Positions 19,359 through 29,552 of a DNA stretch of 64,000 bases are shown here, one piece after another. The stretch's first letter is position 1; every line of letters begins with the position of its first letter. This DNA is from an uncultured Ignavibacteria bacterium (GTDB lineage: Bacteria > Zixibacteria > MSB-5A5 > CAIYYT01), in the NCBI GenBank assembly GCA_964584025.1, contig CAZOYE010000010.1, positions 14,515-78,514 of the forward strand, read 5' to 3'. The notes below the pieces were generated by a model, which ran no database searches, had not been told where the DNA came from, and saw only the letters and a list, made by a program, of their open reading frames with translations. The translations under genes were made by a program, and so were the position numbers.

Positions 19359-21823
19359 CAGTTCAACCCCAGCCTGCGTGCCGTCAGGCGCGTGCCCAGG
19401 ACGGCGAATCCGACGACGGAGATCGAGCTAACCGGCATCAGGATCGCCGCAATCAATGGCGAAAGACTGCCGCTCACGGCAAAATAGAGCCCGACCAGGT
19501 TATAAAGAAGCGAGATCACGAGGCTGGCGATCACAATGCGCGCCGCCGCGCGGCTGAGCCTCACGAAGCGCGGCAAATCGCGCAGCGCGGTAGCCGACAA
19601 GATTCCGTCGCAAGCGGGTGAAAACGCGGAGACTTCGTCTGAAACGGCAATTCCGACATCCGCCGCCGCCAGTGCCCCGGCGTCATTCAGGCCGTCGCCC
19701 ACCATGACGACTTTGCGACCCGATTCTCGTAAATTCTCAATGAAAGAAAGCTTCTCATGCGGTGACTGGCGAAACTTCATCTTGTCGTGCGTTTCGAACA
19801 ACGGCAGCAGCGCTTCCGCAGCGGCCGCGGGATTGTCGCCCGAAAGCAGCCAAAGATTGTGACTCTGCCTGAGTTCCGGAACGATTTGAGTTGCGCTCTC
19901 GCGAAATGTCGGGGCCAATTCGAAGCGACCGACAAATTCGTTCCCGATCGCAATGTGTACCCGCGACATCTCGCCCTGGGTTTCGGAGGGCACCGCAATG
20001 TTGAATTCGTTTAGCCAGGCGGCCGAGCCGACCAGGATCTCGCTGCCCGCGACAGTCGCTTTGACACCTTGTCCGATTGATTCATGAAAATCCCTGACGT
20101 CAACCACATCGGCGTCTGCAAGATGGCCGTCAACGGCACGACTCAGCGGGTGGGTCGACTGCCGGGCTACGGAGCGCACGGCAGCGCGCTCAGAACCGGA
20201 TAGCACACGGCCTTCGTAGCGGACCGTCGCCGCCTGGGCGTCGGTCAGAGTCCCGGTCTTGTCGAAGACGATGGTGTCGCTCGAAGACATCTTCTCGATC
20301 ACTGCCTGATCGCGCAAGAATAAATGACGCCGGCCGAGGATCGTCATCGCCGTGCCGAAAGTAAACGGAATCGCCAGCGCCAATGCGCACGGACAGGCGA
20401 CGATTAGAACGGCCGTAGCGTTCGTGACGGCCTCGCCGATTCCACCCTTGAGCCAATAGACAAACGTCAATGAAGCGATCGTGATGACGGCGTAGGTAAA
20501 CTTGTCTGCGACTTGCAGCGAGATGCGAGTGGCCAGACCATCCTGCCGCCGCGCGAATTTCTCAGAATCCCACAGACTAACCAGGTAACTTTGTGAGACC
20601 TCTTTGACGGTCTCCAATTGCGCTGCGCCACCCGTGATTCGTCCGCCGGCGTAGATCGTGTCGCCGGAATTCCGGATCACCGGGGTTGACTCGCCCGTGA
20701 CGAAGCTGTAATCGATCGCGGCGGAACCACCGATCAAGATTGCATCAGCCACTACCAGTTCACCACCACGCACCAGAATCCGGTCTCCGACTTCGAGACG
20801 CTGGACGCCGATCTGCTCCTCGCGACCAGACCTAAGGCGCGTTACAAACAAAGGAAAGTACGACTTGTAGTCCCTGTCGAACGAGAGCGCCTGAAAGGTC
20901 TTGGCCTGTACCACGCGCCCGATCAGGAGCAGAAACACCAGCCCGGACATTGAATCGAAGTAACCCGACCCGACACCGGCAATGACTTCGTACGCGCTGC
21001 GCAGAAAGAGCGCTGCGATGCCGAGCGAGATGGGGACGTCGAGATTGATCTGGCGCTGCTTGAGTCCTGTAACGGCGGTCCGGAAAAAGTCGGCACTCGA
21101 ATAGAAGAGAACCGGAAAAGCCAAGAGCAAGCTGAGATAACCGAAATAGGCGGCAAATTCGTGCGGCAAAGCGGCGACTGTCGCCAGATAGTCCGGGAAG
21201 CTGAAGAGCATGATGTTGGCGAAAGCGAATCCCGCAACACCGGTTCGGAGAATCAGTTTGCGATTGTCCTGGAAGAAGGACCGTTTCTCCAAGTCCCCCA
21301 TCGTCAACTTCGGCGTGTAGCCCAACATGGCAAGGAGCTCGACCAATCCGCGAAGCGTGAGATCCTGAGAGCGAAAGGTCACCGACAAGCGCCGACGCGG
21401 GAAATTCACGCGCGACTCCATGATAGCCGGATTGAGCCGCTGCAGGTTCTCGAGAAGCCAGATGCATGCCGAACAGTACATTTGCGGAACGTAGAAGGTC
21501 ACCCGACTGGTGTTGCCATCGGCAAAATCGAGCAAGCGGCGCGCCACCAACTCGTCATCCAAATAGCTGAACTGATCGGTGACGTTGCGGCCTTTGAGCG
21601 AAAGCCCGCCTCCCCCGGCGATGTCATAGAAACTATCGAGTTTATTATCGCGGAGAAGTTGGTAGACAGCTTTGCAACCGGTGCAGCAGAAGTGCAGATC
21701 GCCCAAAGCAACCGAGCCATCGGAGCAGGGGTCACCGCAATGCGCGCACGGCGTTTTACTCGCGGTGTCCGCGACAGGAACTGCATTATTGCCAGTCACA
21801 GCTTGCTTTGTGAATTTCTGCAC
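19358..21823 (-). CDS. ccoI: Copper-translocating P1B-type ATPase (CcoI/FixI-like)
   Basis: CPC motif (IVACPCALALAIP). DKTGTLT phosphorylation site. GDGLNDAGALAAADVGIA. N-terminal Cys-rich metal-binding region. Confidence 0.85.
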   Translation of the reverse strand: MQKFTKQAVTGNNAVPVADTASKTPCAHCGDPCSDGSVALGDLHFCCTGCKAVYQLLRDNKLDSFYDIAGGGGLSLKGRNVTDQFSYLDDELVARRLLDFADGNTSRVTFYVPQMYCSACIWLLENLQRLNPAIMESRVNFPRRRLSVTFRSQDLTLRGLVELLAMLGYTPKLTMGDLEKRSFFQDNRKLILRTGVAGFAFANIMLFSFPDYLATVAALPHEFAAYFGYLSLLLAFPVLFYSSADFFRTAVTGLKQRQINLDVPISLGIAALFLRSAYEVIAGVGSGYFDSMSGLVFLLLIGRVVQAKTFQALSFDRDYKSYFPLFVTRLRSGREEQIGVQRLEVGDRILVRGGELVVADAILIGGSAAIDYSFVTGESTPVIRNSGDTIYAGGRITGGAAQLETVKEVSQSYLVSLWDSEKFARRQDGLATRISLQVADKFTYAVITIASLTFVYWLKGGIGEAVTNATAVLIVACPCALALAIPFTFGTAMTILGRRHLFLRDQAVIEKMSSSDTIVFDKTGTLTDAQAATVRYEGRVLSGSERAAVRSVARQSTHPLSRAVDGHLADADVVDVRDFHESIGQGVKATVAGSEILVGSAAWLNEFNIAVPSETQGEMSRVHIAIGNEFVGRFELAPTFRESATQIVPELRQSHNLWLLSGDNPAAAAEALLPLFETHDKMKFRQSPHEKLSFIENLRESGRKVVMVGDGLNDAGALAAADVGIAVSDEVSAFSPACDGILSATALRDLPRFVRLSRAAARIVIASLVISLLYNLVGLYFAVSGSLSPLIAAILMPVSSISVVGFAVLGTRLTARRLGLN

Positions 21824-22003
21824 AATCTCATTCTCTCAAAGACGCGCTAATCATAACGAACACAACGATTCTGTCAAGCCAATTTGTCGGATGAAATAGG
21901 TTAATTGGAGCGTTGTTGTCATCAATCGACGCGGTCTCAATCGTTTGCCGGCGACGACTGTGTCTGGAAGGATGTCAACTCAACCGAAGAAAATTCTTGA
22001 AGA

Positions 22004-22092
22004 TGGTGCCGGAGGGGGGAATCGAACCCCCACGGGGTTTAGGCCCCGCCGGATTTTGAGTCCGGTGCGTCTACCAATTTCACCACTCCGGC
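22004..22092 (-). tRNA. tRNA-Leu (anticodon CAA), long variable arm, encoded CCA
   Basis: Reverse complement is GCCGGAGTGGTGAAATTGGTAGACGCACCGGACTCAAAATCCGGCGGGGCCTAAACCCCGTGGGGGTTCGATTCCCCCCCTCCGGCACCA. Anticodon loop CUCAAAA. T-arm GTTCGATTC. Confidence 0.85.
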
Positions 22093-22256
22093 CTGAAGAG
22101 AGATGAATAAGTGAAGGGCGCTTTAAAGTCAAGCAGTTCTCTGCCGGCGGCCGCCGGAGCCAAATCACTCGACTTGCAGCGCTGCAAAATGTCATTGGCG
22201 AAACTCCTTCGGATTCGTATATACGGCCCTGATATCGGAGGGAGAAGAGCGGCAAC

Positions 22257-22754
22257 ATGACCAAGCGATCTGATTACCTACATTGGGACGACTACTTTAT
22301 GGGAGTCGCGCTGCTCTCGGCACAGCGGAGCAAAGATCCGAATACCCAGGTAGGTGCGTGCATCGTCAGCGCGCAGAATAAAATCGTCGGGATCGGTTAC
22401 AACGGCTTTCCGATCGGCTGCAGCGATGATCTGCTTCCGTGGGAACGCGAAGCCGGCAGCAAGCTTGACACCAAGTATCCCTACGTCTGTCACGCCGAGA
22501 TGAACGCGATCGTCAATTCGACAAAGGCTGATCTCTCGGGATCACGACTCTATGTCAGCCTGTTCCCTTGCAACGAGTGCGCCAAGTTGATCATCCAGGT
22601 CGGTATTAAGAAAGTGATCTTTCTGAGTGACAAGTATGCGCATGAAGATCTCTTCAAGGCCGCGCGGCGGATGTTCGAGCTCGCCGGTGTCGAGTGCGAA
22701 CAACTCCGCCCCTTGACGACCAAGATCAATCTCGATTTCAACAAATTCTCCTGA
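22257..22754 (+). CDS. dCMP deaminase (ComEB/CDA family)
   Basis: HAEMNAI and PCNECAKLI zinc-binding motifs. Confidence 0.85.
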   Translation: MTKRSDYLHWDDYFMGVALLSAQRSKDPNTQVGACIVSAQNKIVGIGYNGFPIGCSDDLLPWEREAGSKLDTKYPYVCHAEMNAIVNSTKADLSGSRLYVSLFPCNECAKLIIQVGIKKVIFLSDKYAHEDLFKAARRMFELAGVECEQLRPLTTKINLDFNKFS

Positions 22755-22764
22755 TACAAATGAA

Positions 22765-22788
22765 AGCGCCGTCAACGATGACGGCGCT
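22765..22788. terminator. Hairpin between convergent genes (candidate terminator, mainly for the minus-strand gene)
   Basis: AGCGCCGTC aacgat GACGGCGCT. A T-rich run follows on the minus strand. Confidence 0.35.
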
Positions 22789-22820
22789 CGCACTTCACAA
22801 CACGACTCTCTGCGCGACTT

Positions 22821-24776
22821 CTACTTTTTCTCAAGCAGAATCAGGAAATTCTTGGGCGAGGAGTAATCATCGTACGCCTTCTTAAACGCGGGGTATTCGT
22901 CGGTGTCGATGTCGATATCACTGATCGTAACCAGCCCGCTGTAATAGACTTCGGTCGAGTCAGCGTTCAGCGACAACTGGGACTGCCAGATACCGAACTC
23001 ATTTTCGATCTTGAGCGGGTCTGCAACGTAGACGGCCTTGTAGCCCGCCGGCAGGTGTACAACGCCTTCTTTCTTGACGGTTAGATGATCCTCCAACTTC
23101 ATGTCGTAGTTCCGGACGTCCTGCCCGGGATTCACCGGAATCTGGGCGAACGAAAACGGCACGTCTTTCATCCGAAAGATCATCATATCTCCCTGCACGA
23201 TGCCGAACTCGGGAGTCCAGTAATCCTGAGCAACTTGCACGCTCGCCATCAGGTTCGCCAGGTCGGAGACCTGGTAATCGCGATTCAGCGAACCTTCGCC
23301 CATGTCGTTGGCAGTAGCGAGGAAGAACTGCTCGCGCTCCTTGGGAGTAGCGTCTTTCAGGGTTGCGCGCGCCATGTAATCGAATAGTCCGGTTAACTGG
23401 CAGCCGGCGGACCCATCCACGTCGCCGTTGGCCTTGACGAGCATCTCGAAGCGGCAGTCGGCCAGATTGGCATCGGCCGGCAAATCTGCTACAGGCAGCA
23501 ATTCGCTGGAGTCATCTCTAACCAGCAGTCCGGTTGAACCCTGGCCGTTGGGAGTATAACCGAATTGCGCTTCGCTGCTGAAGGGATCGATCCAAAGAGC
23601 GCGGCCGCGAAAGTTGGGGACGTAGACATAAACCGCGTCAAACTGCTTCATTGCCGGATGCTCCTGCGCCAACACGGCGTCGCTGCGATTGACGTAATGC
23701 GGGAAACACTCGATTCCCGCAGAGCGCAACAACGAGACCAGCAGCACGCTCTTGTCGCGCCAATCGCCGTACTTGTTTGCCAGCACGAGATTGGCATCGT
23801 TGGGCTCATACCCGGCGAGTCCGAGCGGCAGGGAGTTTCCGGCGACGCTGCGAATTTCCTTAATCACAAAGAGGCCGAGCCGCTCGATCTTTTCATCGGC
23901 CGAGGTCGCGCCCTTGGTTAGTGCCGCAGCCTTCTTCGCGATGTCACCGTCGGTCTTGACGTGCTTGTAGAACTTGGCGCCAACCCACTTGCCTATCTGA
24001 TCCCAGTCAAGAGCGTTGGTGTATACCAGTCGCGGGGCGATTCGGTTCATGTCGGGCATCGACGGCTCAGAAATCACCTGCGCAATGTTGGTAGCAGTCC
24101 AGTTGTGAGTCACCTTGCCGTTCTCGGTCGAGGTCGAGTAATCAACGCCTTCATTTTGGTAGGTATAGCGAATCGCGAACTCCTCCGGCACGGTGAGCGA
24201 AATCTCCTTGAATCCAATCGGATCGAATCCCTGGAAAAGGTCAGCTCCCCAGGTGAAGCGCTCCTCATCGGACTCGGGGGCCTTGTGGAAGACCCGCAGG
24301 TGGAGTTCGATCGTCACGCCAGTCGCCATCGCCGGGAAGTTCACGACCTTCTGCATGATATTCGAATAAATCGCGGCATTGGCGAGTCCCGCCGGCGTGA
24401 GATCATGAATTGCCTTGGCTTCGACCGGCATGATACTGCCGTCGGCCCTGTGCGTAACCGCCTTGATCACAACGACACTATCGTTGTCCTTGTTGTACTT
24501 GTACTTTACGTCACCCAGGGTCTCTTTACCGCGATCGGCCAGAATCTTCACAACGTAAAGCCAATCGGTCGTTCCGCTGCCATCGTCATTGAGCACAGTA
24601 GCCCTCTGATTAACGAGCGTGTAACCGGCGGCCTGCGGGTAGCGTTCAGCGGTCGGCGCGGAAGCGATCAACCGCGAGATCTCTTCATCGGTAAACGTTT
24701 TCGTGACCGCCCCTGACGATGCGCATAGTGAGAGTGCGATAGCGGCAGCGAGTATTACCAGGAATGTCTTGTTCAT
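22821..24776 (-). CDS. Secreted DUF3857/transglutaminase-like protein, predicted catalytically inactive paralog (Cys to Trp)
   Basis: Signal peptide. KYGDWRDKSVLLVSLLRSAGI aligns to KYGVCRDVATMMVAMLREVGIP of the neighbouring paralog, with the catalytic Cys replaced. Confidence 0.55.
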   Translation of the reverse strand: MNKTFLVILAAAIALSLCASSGAVTKTFTDEEISRLIASAPTAERYPQAAGYTLVNQRATVLNDDGSGTTDWLYVVKILADRGKETLGDVKYKYNKDNDSVVVIKAVTHRADGSIMPVEAKAIHDLTPAGLANAAIYSNIMQKVVNFPAMATGVTIELHLRVFHKAPESDEERFTWGADLFQGFDPIGFKEISLTVPEEFAIRYTYQNEGVDYSTSTENGKVTHNWTATNIAQVISEPSMPDMNRIAPRLVYTNALDWDQIGKWVGAKFYKHVKTDGDIAKKAAALTKGATSADEKIERLGLFVIKEIRSVAGNSLPLGLAGYEPNDANLVLANKYGDWRDKSVLLVSLLRSAGIECFPHYVNRSDAVLAQEHPAMKQFDAVYVYVPNFRGRALWIDPFSSEAQFGYTPNGQGSTGLLVRDDSSELLPVADLPADANLADCRFEMLVKANGDVDGSAGCQLTGLFDYMARATLKDATPKEREQFFLATANDMGEGSLNRDYQVSDLANLMASVQVAQDYWTPEFGIVQGDMMIFRMKDVPFSFAQIPVNPGQDVRNYDMKLEDHLTVKKEGVVHLPAGYKAVYVADPLKIENEFGIWQSQLSLNADSTEVYYSGLVTISDIDIDTDEYPAFKKAYDDYSSPKNFLILLEKK

Positions 24777-24797
24777 ATCGTTAGATCCTCGCCTCCG

Positions 24798-26786
24798 CTA
24801 ATTCGTGGTACCGTTTTCACGCTGCATGATCAACTCGCCCCGCGCGGACTTGGAGGCTGCTCTCATCACGGCTTTGAACTGGGCATACTCCGCCGGAGAC
24901 ATCTCCTTCGCGTTGATGAGCAGTTCCTTCTGGTAGGTCACCTTCGTGCCTCCGGTCGCCAGTTCTTCGGCCTGTGCGCTGCCGTAGGTCATCCGGTATT
25001 CAACCGGCCCATCACTCAGCGCGACCGGGTCTGGCATCGACTTGACCTTCATGCCGGGTGGAAGATTGATGATTTCTTCTTCGCTGGCGCCAAACGTAAA
25101 ACCGAGCAGGTACGGATATTTGCGTTCGGGGAGCGAGGCATTGGCGAGAAGGAATTTGGAAATCAGTTCGAAGGCGCCCATGGAGACCGGGCTTTTCATC
25201 AGGACGAACTCGCCGGCCTCGGTCGGGTAGTTGTCGACCTGGTAGCTGAATTTGACTTCAAACGGCTTGGTCAGATCTTCGGGATCGCTAACCTTAAATC
25301 CGGTCAGTCGGGTACCGGGATAAACCGCCTGAACCACGTAGTTCCAGATCATCGACATCTGCGCCGAGGGCATCGACTTGGCCCAGGAGCGAAGCGCCAG
25401 ATCGTAGATGCCGTCGGTGGCGATCGTCACATCCGAAGTGAACAGACCTGTCTCAGTGAGATTCGAAACGGCTTTGATCGTCCCCATGTTTTCGCGAGCC
25501 GGGGTCAGCGGCGTATCGGCCAATGTCTTCCCTTGATCGTCACAGACAAGCACTTGCTGTTGGCTTTCCACGGCAGGCAGCCAGTCGATCGAGTTGTCAA
25601 CCGTCGGATCGGCGTACGTGTAGCTGCCGTCGGCGTTTTTGATCGCCACAATCGCGTGGTTGAAGTAAATATGCGGAATGTCGTAGCTGACCTTGTCTCC
25701 CATCATTGTTAGCACGACGTCGGAGGGAATTCCGACCTCGCGCAGCATGGCCACCATCATAGTCGCTACGTCGCGGCAGACACCGTACTTCGTTTCAAAC
25801 GTCTCGTTAACCGGCTTGGGTTCGAAGCCTTTCTTCTTGCCCGTTCCCAACCCCATATAGCGCACCTTCTGCGCGACGTAGTGATAAATCGCGTCGATCT
25901 TCTCGTCCTGCGACGTTTTGCCGGCAACCAGATTGTTCACCTCGGCCTTGAACTCGTCGCTCATCACCATTTGCTTGCCCGCCATCTCATTCCACCAGCG
26001 GCTGATCTTCTCCCACGACTCGATAGTGCTGAATATCACGGTTGGAGCGACATCCGTGAGCGGCGGCATCGCCGGCTCTTGAATAATGCGATCGACGTTC
26101 TCAACCGACCAGGTATACTTGATCTTGTCGCCCTGCTCCTTTTGCGAGAACTTCACCTTGCCATTCTTGACGAGGTGACGCAGCGGCTTTGATTTCGGGC
26201 CGATAACGGTGACTTCCTTGTTCAGAATCGGATTGAAGTTCTGGAAGACCTGCAGGCCGTCGAATTCGCCCTCCATCGGCGTGTGAAAAAGATAATCGTT
26301 AACTGACAGTTCAATGCAGTCGCCGACTTCCAGGTTCTTGAAGGGGATCACGCGCTCCAGTGCATCGCTCTCGTAGATGTTCATATATTCGGACGAAGTC
26401 GAAGAGATATCCTTCATGTCTTCGGCCGGGACATCAATCACGCTGCCGTCCTGCTTGATGACGCGTGCCGCCGTTACGACAAGGCTGTCGTAAATGCGAT
26501 AGTATGGTATGCGGATTTCGCCGTAGTCCTTGAGTCCGGCTTCGGTGACGATGCGAGCAAGCATGTAGTCGCGGGTAACACAACTCCCGTCATCCTGGTA
26601 CTCATAGTCCGTTTGATTCTTGATCATAATGGCGTTGGCATCGGGATACTTTTCGAGCCCTCCCGCCTTCTTGATCAATTCTGCCGTCTCCTTACTCAGT
26701 TCCGAAGCTTGCAGCGGCGCCAGCAGCATGAGAGCCAGAGCCAGCGTCGCAAGCAGCAAGCCGGAAATCGAAATGATCCGCTTCAT
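24798..26786 (-). CDS. Secreted DUF3857/transglutaminase-like protein (intact Cys-His core)
   Basis: Signal peptide. Transglutaminase core YGVCRDVATMMVAMLREVGIPSDVV...HIYFNHAIVAI. Confidence 0.65.
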   Translation of the reverse strand: MKRIISISGLLLATLALALMLLAPLQASELSKETAELIKKAGGLEKYPDANAIMIKNQTDYEYQDDGSCVTRDYMLARIVTEAGLKDYGEIRIPYYRIYDSLVVTAARVIKQDGSVIDVPAEDMKDISSTSSEYMNIYESDALERVIPFKNLEVGDCIELSVNDYLFHTPMEGEFDGLQVFQNFNPILNKEVTVIGPKSKPLRHLVKNGKVKFSQKEQGDKIKYTWSVENVDRIIQEPAMPPLTDVAPTVIFSTIESWEKISRWWNEMAGKQMVMSDEFKAEVNNLVAGKTSQDEKIDAIYHYVAQKVRYMGLGTGKKKGFEPKPVNETFETKYGVCRDVATMMVAMLREVGIPSDVVLTMMGDKVSYDIPHIYFNHAIVAIKNADGSYTYADPTVDNSIDWLPAVESQQQVLVCDDQGKTLADTPLTPARENMGTIKAVSNLTETGLFTSDVTIATDGIYDLALRSWAKSMPSAQMSMIWNYVVQAVYPGTRLTGFKVSDPEDLTKPFEVKFSYQVDNYPTEAGEFVLMKSPVSMGAFELISKFLLANASLPERKYPYLLGFTFGASEEEIINLPPGMKVKSMPDPVALSDGPVEYRMTYGSAQAEELATGGTKVTYQKELLINAKEMSPAEYAQFKAVMRAASKSARGELIMQRENGTTN

Positions 26787-26942
26787 AATGTTCTTCTCCT
26801 CACCAGTGAAGATGCGATATAATTTTTCAATTCTTTTCAGATCCTTGGTACTTCCCGAAGAGTGCAGTTTAGCAGGCGGGACGTCGCCTGGACAACTGCA
26901 GATTCACTCGGCGTAATATACTTGGTGCCCGATGAATTTGTT

Positions 26943-27242
26943 TCAGTTCTTGTTCTCATTGTCGTTTCGAAGCTCCACTAACGTTGCCCCCCAGGAAGAA
27001 CTCGATTGGCTGTCGAGTCTAAAGCTCTGGACATGCTCGTTTCGTTCGAGCAAGGCGTGGACGGTGCGTCTTAGATTGCCGATTCCCTTGCCGTGAATAA
27101 TCCGGAGCTGGCGAATCTTCCTGGCGAGACAAGCCTCGATATACGCCGGAATCAACTCGCGGACATCACGCGGCGCGAATTCGTGGAGATCAAGTACACC
27201 ATTGATCGGGTACTCATGAATCGGTTCAGAATCATCGCTCAT
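26943..27242 (-). CDS. Smr domain protein
   Basis: LDLHEF...ARKIRQLRIIHGKGIGNLRRTVHALL Smr/MutS2-C-like motif. Confidence 0.75.
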   Translation of the reverse strand: MSDDSEPIHEYPINGVLDLHEFAPRDVRELIPAYIEACLARKIRQLRIIHGKGIGNLRRTVHALLERNEHVQSFRLDSQSSSSWGATLVELRNDNENKN

Positions 27243-27415
27243 TTGACTGACAGATAAAGTGCTACTTTAGGCTTGCTCCACAAGCGATTTTTCCTATATT
27301 AGCGGAGCCATTTGGTTTGGCATCTTGGGCGCGACCCGGGAAACAGGTACCTCGCACTTTTCACGAGCTATTGTCTACTACTTCAACCGCTTGGTAAACA
27401 CCAGGCTAACAACAA

Positions 27416-29443
27416 GTGACTGTCATCGTGATCCGTCTGGCTTTTGCCATCGGCCTATTCTGCTCCCTGCACACCCACATCTGGGCTTACTCGGTATCGA
27501 CTTCCGGAACCGACATTCTGCCAAGCGTTACCATTCCCGCGAACCTGCAGGTCTCGGATCGCTCCGCTCTGCCTGTGGCATTCGAACTTCCGCGGCACTT
27601 CCCCACCGACACCTCAGGTCTCAAGTTTGATGTGGAGGCGTATCAACCGGACAATCCCCGCCACCTTCTTGACCAAGCTTTGGGCGACGGAGATCGAGGC
27701 TCAGGCGGGTTGGGTCCCTGCAAAAGCTTCAGTGGCGCAACATACACGGGCTGGGACCCTCCGGATCCGCAGATTGCGGTCGGCCCGAACCACATCGTTG
27801 AAGTCGTCAATAGTGCGATCTCTGTCTTCGACAAGAATACCGGGAATTTGCTGCTCAGCGCCTCCGCGCAATTCTGGTTTGCCGGCGTGCAGCCGGCGCC
27901 GCCGAGCACGTTTATTTACGACCCCAAGGTGATTTATGATCGCGTGTCGGGACGATTCGTGTTGTTGTTCTTGTGCACCGACGGTGTCGAGAAGGCGGCA
28001 TTCTTGCTTTCGGCCTCACAAACATCAAGTCCACTCGGAAACTGGTGGAGCTACTGTCTTGATGCGACGCTTAATGGAGCAAGTCCGAGCGGGAGTTGGC
28101 CCGACTATCCAGGGTTGGCTTGCGATTATGATGAAGCTGTCTATCTCAGCGCCAATATGTGGGATTTTGCCGGCACTTACATGTACCCCAAGGTCAGGAT
28201 TATTCCCAAGAACCGGTTGTATAGCGGTATGTCTCTGACCTACTCAGATATCTGGGATATCCGTTACCACAACGCAATGGCTGCCTTTGCCGTCAAGCCG
28301 GCGACAATGACGAGCGACGCCAACGGCATGTTCCTCTGGAGCAATCAATGGGCCGGTGGAGACTATGTAACGTATTGGAAGATCACCAACCCGCTTTCAA
28401 CGCCGGTGCTGACAATCCGGCCGAAGGTCAATGTCGCGGCGTACTCGATGCCGCCCAACGCAGCGCAAATGGGCGGGAGTAGCATTGGGATGATCGGCCC
28501 GATGACTCAAGATGTGATCTTTCGCAACGGCAAACTCTATAGCGCCTTCGATCAGGCATTCAATTGGGGTGGCGGAGCCGTCGCCGCCATTCGCCTGCTC
28601 GGCATTGATACTACGATATCGTCGGCGGTCGTCGATTACGTCATCGGCGGTCCGGGGAAACACTACTATCTGCCGAACATCTATGTCGATGCCGACAACC
28701 GCATTTTCGCGGCCTTCAATCGGTCCGGCGCCGATGAGTACGTTGGAGTCCACTATATCGAGAATTTGTCGGGCGATGTTCGTTCCCGGCCGCTCAAGAA
28801 CGGTGAGGGTCCGCGAGGCGGCAGCGCTCCGGTGCGCTGGGGCGATCACTGCGGGATTTCCGGGGATCCAAACGACGCGTCCAAGGTCTGGATGTGCGGC
28901 GAATATAACACGAGCTCTCCATTCCACTGGGGGACGTGGATCGGCAACCTGCCTTCGGGTGTTCCCTCTCCCGCCGTCGCCACACCCGCCCCTGGCAGCG
29001 GTCAGAAACCGCCGGTGAAGCTTGCCTGGGATCCGGAACTTCCCGCCGAGAGTTATTCACTGCAAATCGACGACGACTCCAGTTTTGCCTCTCCCCAGAT
29101 TAGTGTGGTTGTCGACACCAACGTTTATGTCGCCGCTAACCTGTCGGTTGGGACCGTCTATTTCTGGCGGGTCAGGGGCATGACGGCGTGTCCGGACAAC
29201 CCCTGGTCAAACACCTTTTCATTCAAGGCTTGCAGTCGACAGCCCGGCGATGTTGACGGTAACGGAATCGTCACAATCAGCGACGCTGTCTACCTGATTA
29301 CATTCATCTTTTCCAACGGGCCGATGCCGACGCCGCAAGAGGCGGGCGACTCGGACTGCAACGCGATCGTCAACGTGTCTGACGCCGTTCGCGTCATCGG
29401 CTATATCTTCTCCAGCGGCGTGGCGCCTTGCGGTCCATGTTGA
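27416..29443 (+). CDS. Secreted protein of unknown function with Fn3-like module and Cys-capped double dockerin-like C-terminal domain (CTD)
   Basis: Hydrophobic N-terminus. C-terminus [28 protein letters not shown]...[32 protein letters not shown]. Confidence 0.5.
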   Translation: MTVIVIRLAFAIGLFCSLHTHIWAYSVSTSGTDILPSVTIPANLQVSDRSALPVAFELPRHFPTDTSGLKFDVEAYQPDNPRHLLDQALGDGDRGSGGLGPCKSFSGATYTGWDPPDPQIAVGPNHIVEVVNSAISVFDKNTGNLLLSASAQFWFAGVQPAPPSTFIYDPKVIYDRVSGRFVLLFLCTDGVEKAAFLLSASQTSSPLGNWWSYCLDATLNGASPSGSWPDYPGLACDYDEAVYLSANMWDFAGTYMYPKVRIIPKNRLYSGMSLTYSDIWDIRYHNAMAAFAVKPATMTSDANGMFLWSNQWAGGDYVTYWKITNPLSTPVLTIRPKVNVAAYSMPPNAAQMGGSSIGMIGPMTQDVIFRNGKLYSAFDQAFNWGGGAVAAIRLLGIDTTISSAVVDYVIGGPGKHYYLPNIYVDADNRIFAAFNRSGADEYVGVHYIENLSGDVRSRPLKNGEGPRGGSAPVRWGDHCGISGDPNDASKVWMCGEYNTSSPFHWGTWIGNLPSGVPSPAVATPAPGSGQKPPVKLAWDPELPAESYSLQIDDDSSFASPQISVVVDTNVYVAANLSVGTVYFWRVRGMTACPDNPWSNTFSFKACSRQPGDVDGNGIVTISDAVYLITFIFSNGPMPTPQEAGDSDCNAIVNVSDAVRVIGYIFSSGVAPCGPC

Positions 29444-29481
29444 AGGGGGATTTCCAGCGAGCCTGTCATCGACGATCTTCA

Positions 29482-29510
29482 TTGACAAAATGCGTCGATT
29501 ATCGTATCTT
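29482..29510 (+). promoter_or_regulatory. Candidate sigma70-type promoter (TTGACA-17-TATCTT) upstream of the reprolysin-like gene
   Basis: Direct sequence match. The -10 element lies 43 nt upstream of ATG 29553. Confidence 0.35.
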
Positions 29511-29552
29511 ATTGTCCAACAACGCCAATCAACCCATAATATTGGGAGTCTC

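Noticed and set aside
21980-22264. 94-aa ORF overlapping the tRNA-Leu
   Set aside because: It overlaps a clear tRNA gene on the same strand, so it is a spurious ORF.
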